Shown: one piece after another, positions 63,810-64,000 of the stretch
How the letters are laid out: every line of letters starts with the position of its first letter
Position numbering within the stretch: the first letter of the stretch is position 1
DNA from: Balamuthia mandrillaris
Taxonomy: Eukaryota
Direction of reading: 5' to 3'
Assembly: GCA_031835245.2 (NCBI GenBank)
Contig: JAVKOQ020000068.1
Coordinates: 124,001 to 188,000 of the forward strand
DNA length: 64,000 bases
The notes under the pieces: model-generated
What the model saw: only the letters and a program-made list of their open reading frames with translations
What the model was told of the DNA's origin: nothing
Databases searched by the model: none
Translations under genes and position numbers: made by a program

Positions 63810-64000
63810 AAGGCAAAGGAGGCATGCCTCTCTCGACTTCTATCTCTCTTATATTTTTTTAAAACGAGAAACTTTTGTTGTAAAAATAATAATAATCGTT
63901 TTTTTTGTTAGGCGAAAGACACAATCGATAACTATTCAAAATAGTTTGACGATATTATAGTCAGGTTAAGAAATAACGTTGATAATTCACTAAACTATCG

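Overview
Gene-dense, intron-rich eukaryotic DNA. It most likely comes from a free-living protist such as an amoebozoan; this is an inference from gene content and intron style. The window holds about 30 protein-coding genes with short intergenic spacers and many introns filled with (TC)n/(TTC)n microsatellites, which create most of the spurious ORFs in the track. Recognisable genes: GATA factor, FNTA, CDC5L, ECH1-like, RPS27, BLOC1S4, COPS3, GH2 beta-mannosidase, small Tim, COA3-like, 2OG-Fe(II) oxygenase, TIP30-like, GT31 glycosyltransferase, TRMU/MnmA, XPB, PRODH, OCA-type phosphatase, DUF3228, BTB-SPRY and a Rac/Rho GTPase. There is also a tRNA-Asp(GTC) and a degenerate tRNA-like gene. Most notable: (1) a tandem pair of intron-containing, RG-tailed cpYpsA/SLOG-family genes, a family known mainly from bacteria and phage, with one copy altered at conserved motifs; (2) a SYCP2/Red1/ASY3-like meiotic axis gene; (3) a WNK-like pseudokinase fused to a PB1 domain; (4) a recurrent TGTCGACA palindrome upstream of genes; (5) a 1-nt frameshift in PRODH; (6) an orphan gene with a restriction-endonuclease-like motif pattern and a probable GC-AG intron. 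Exon structures were read by eye, and family calls rest on remembered motifs, not on database searches.
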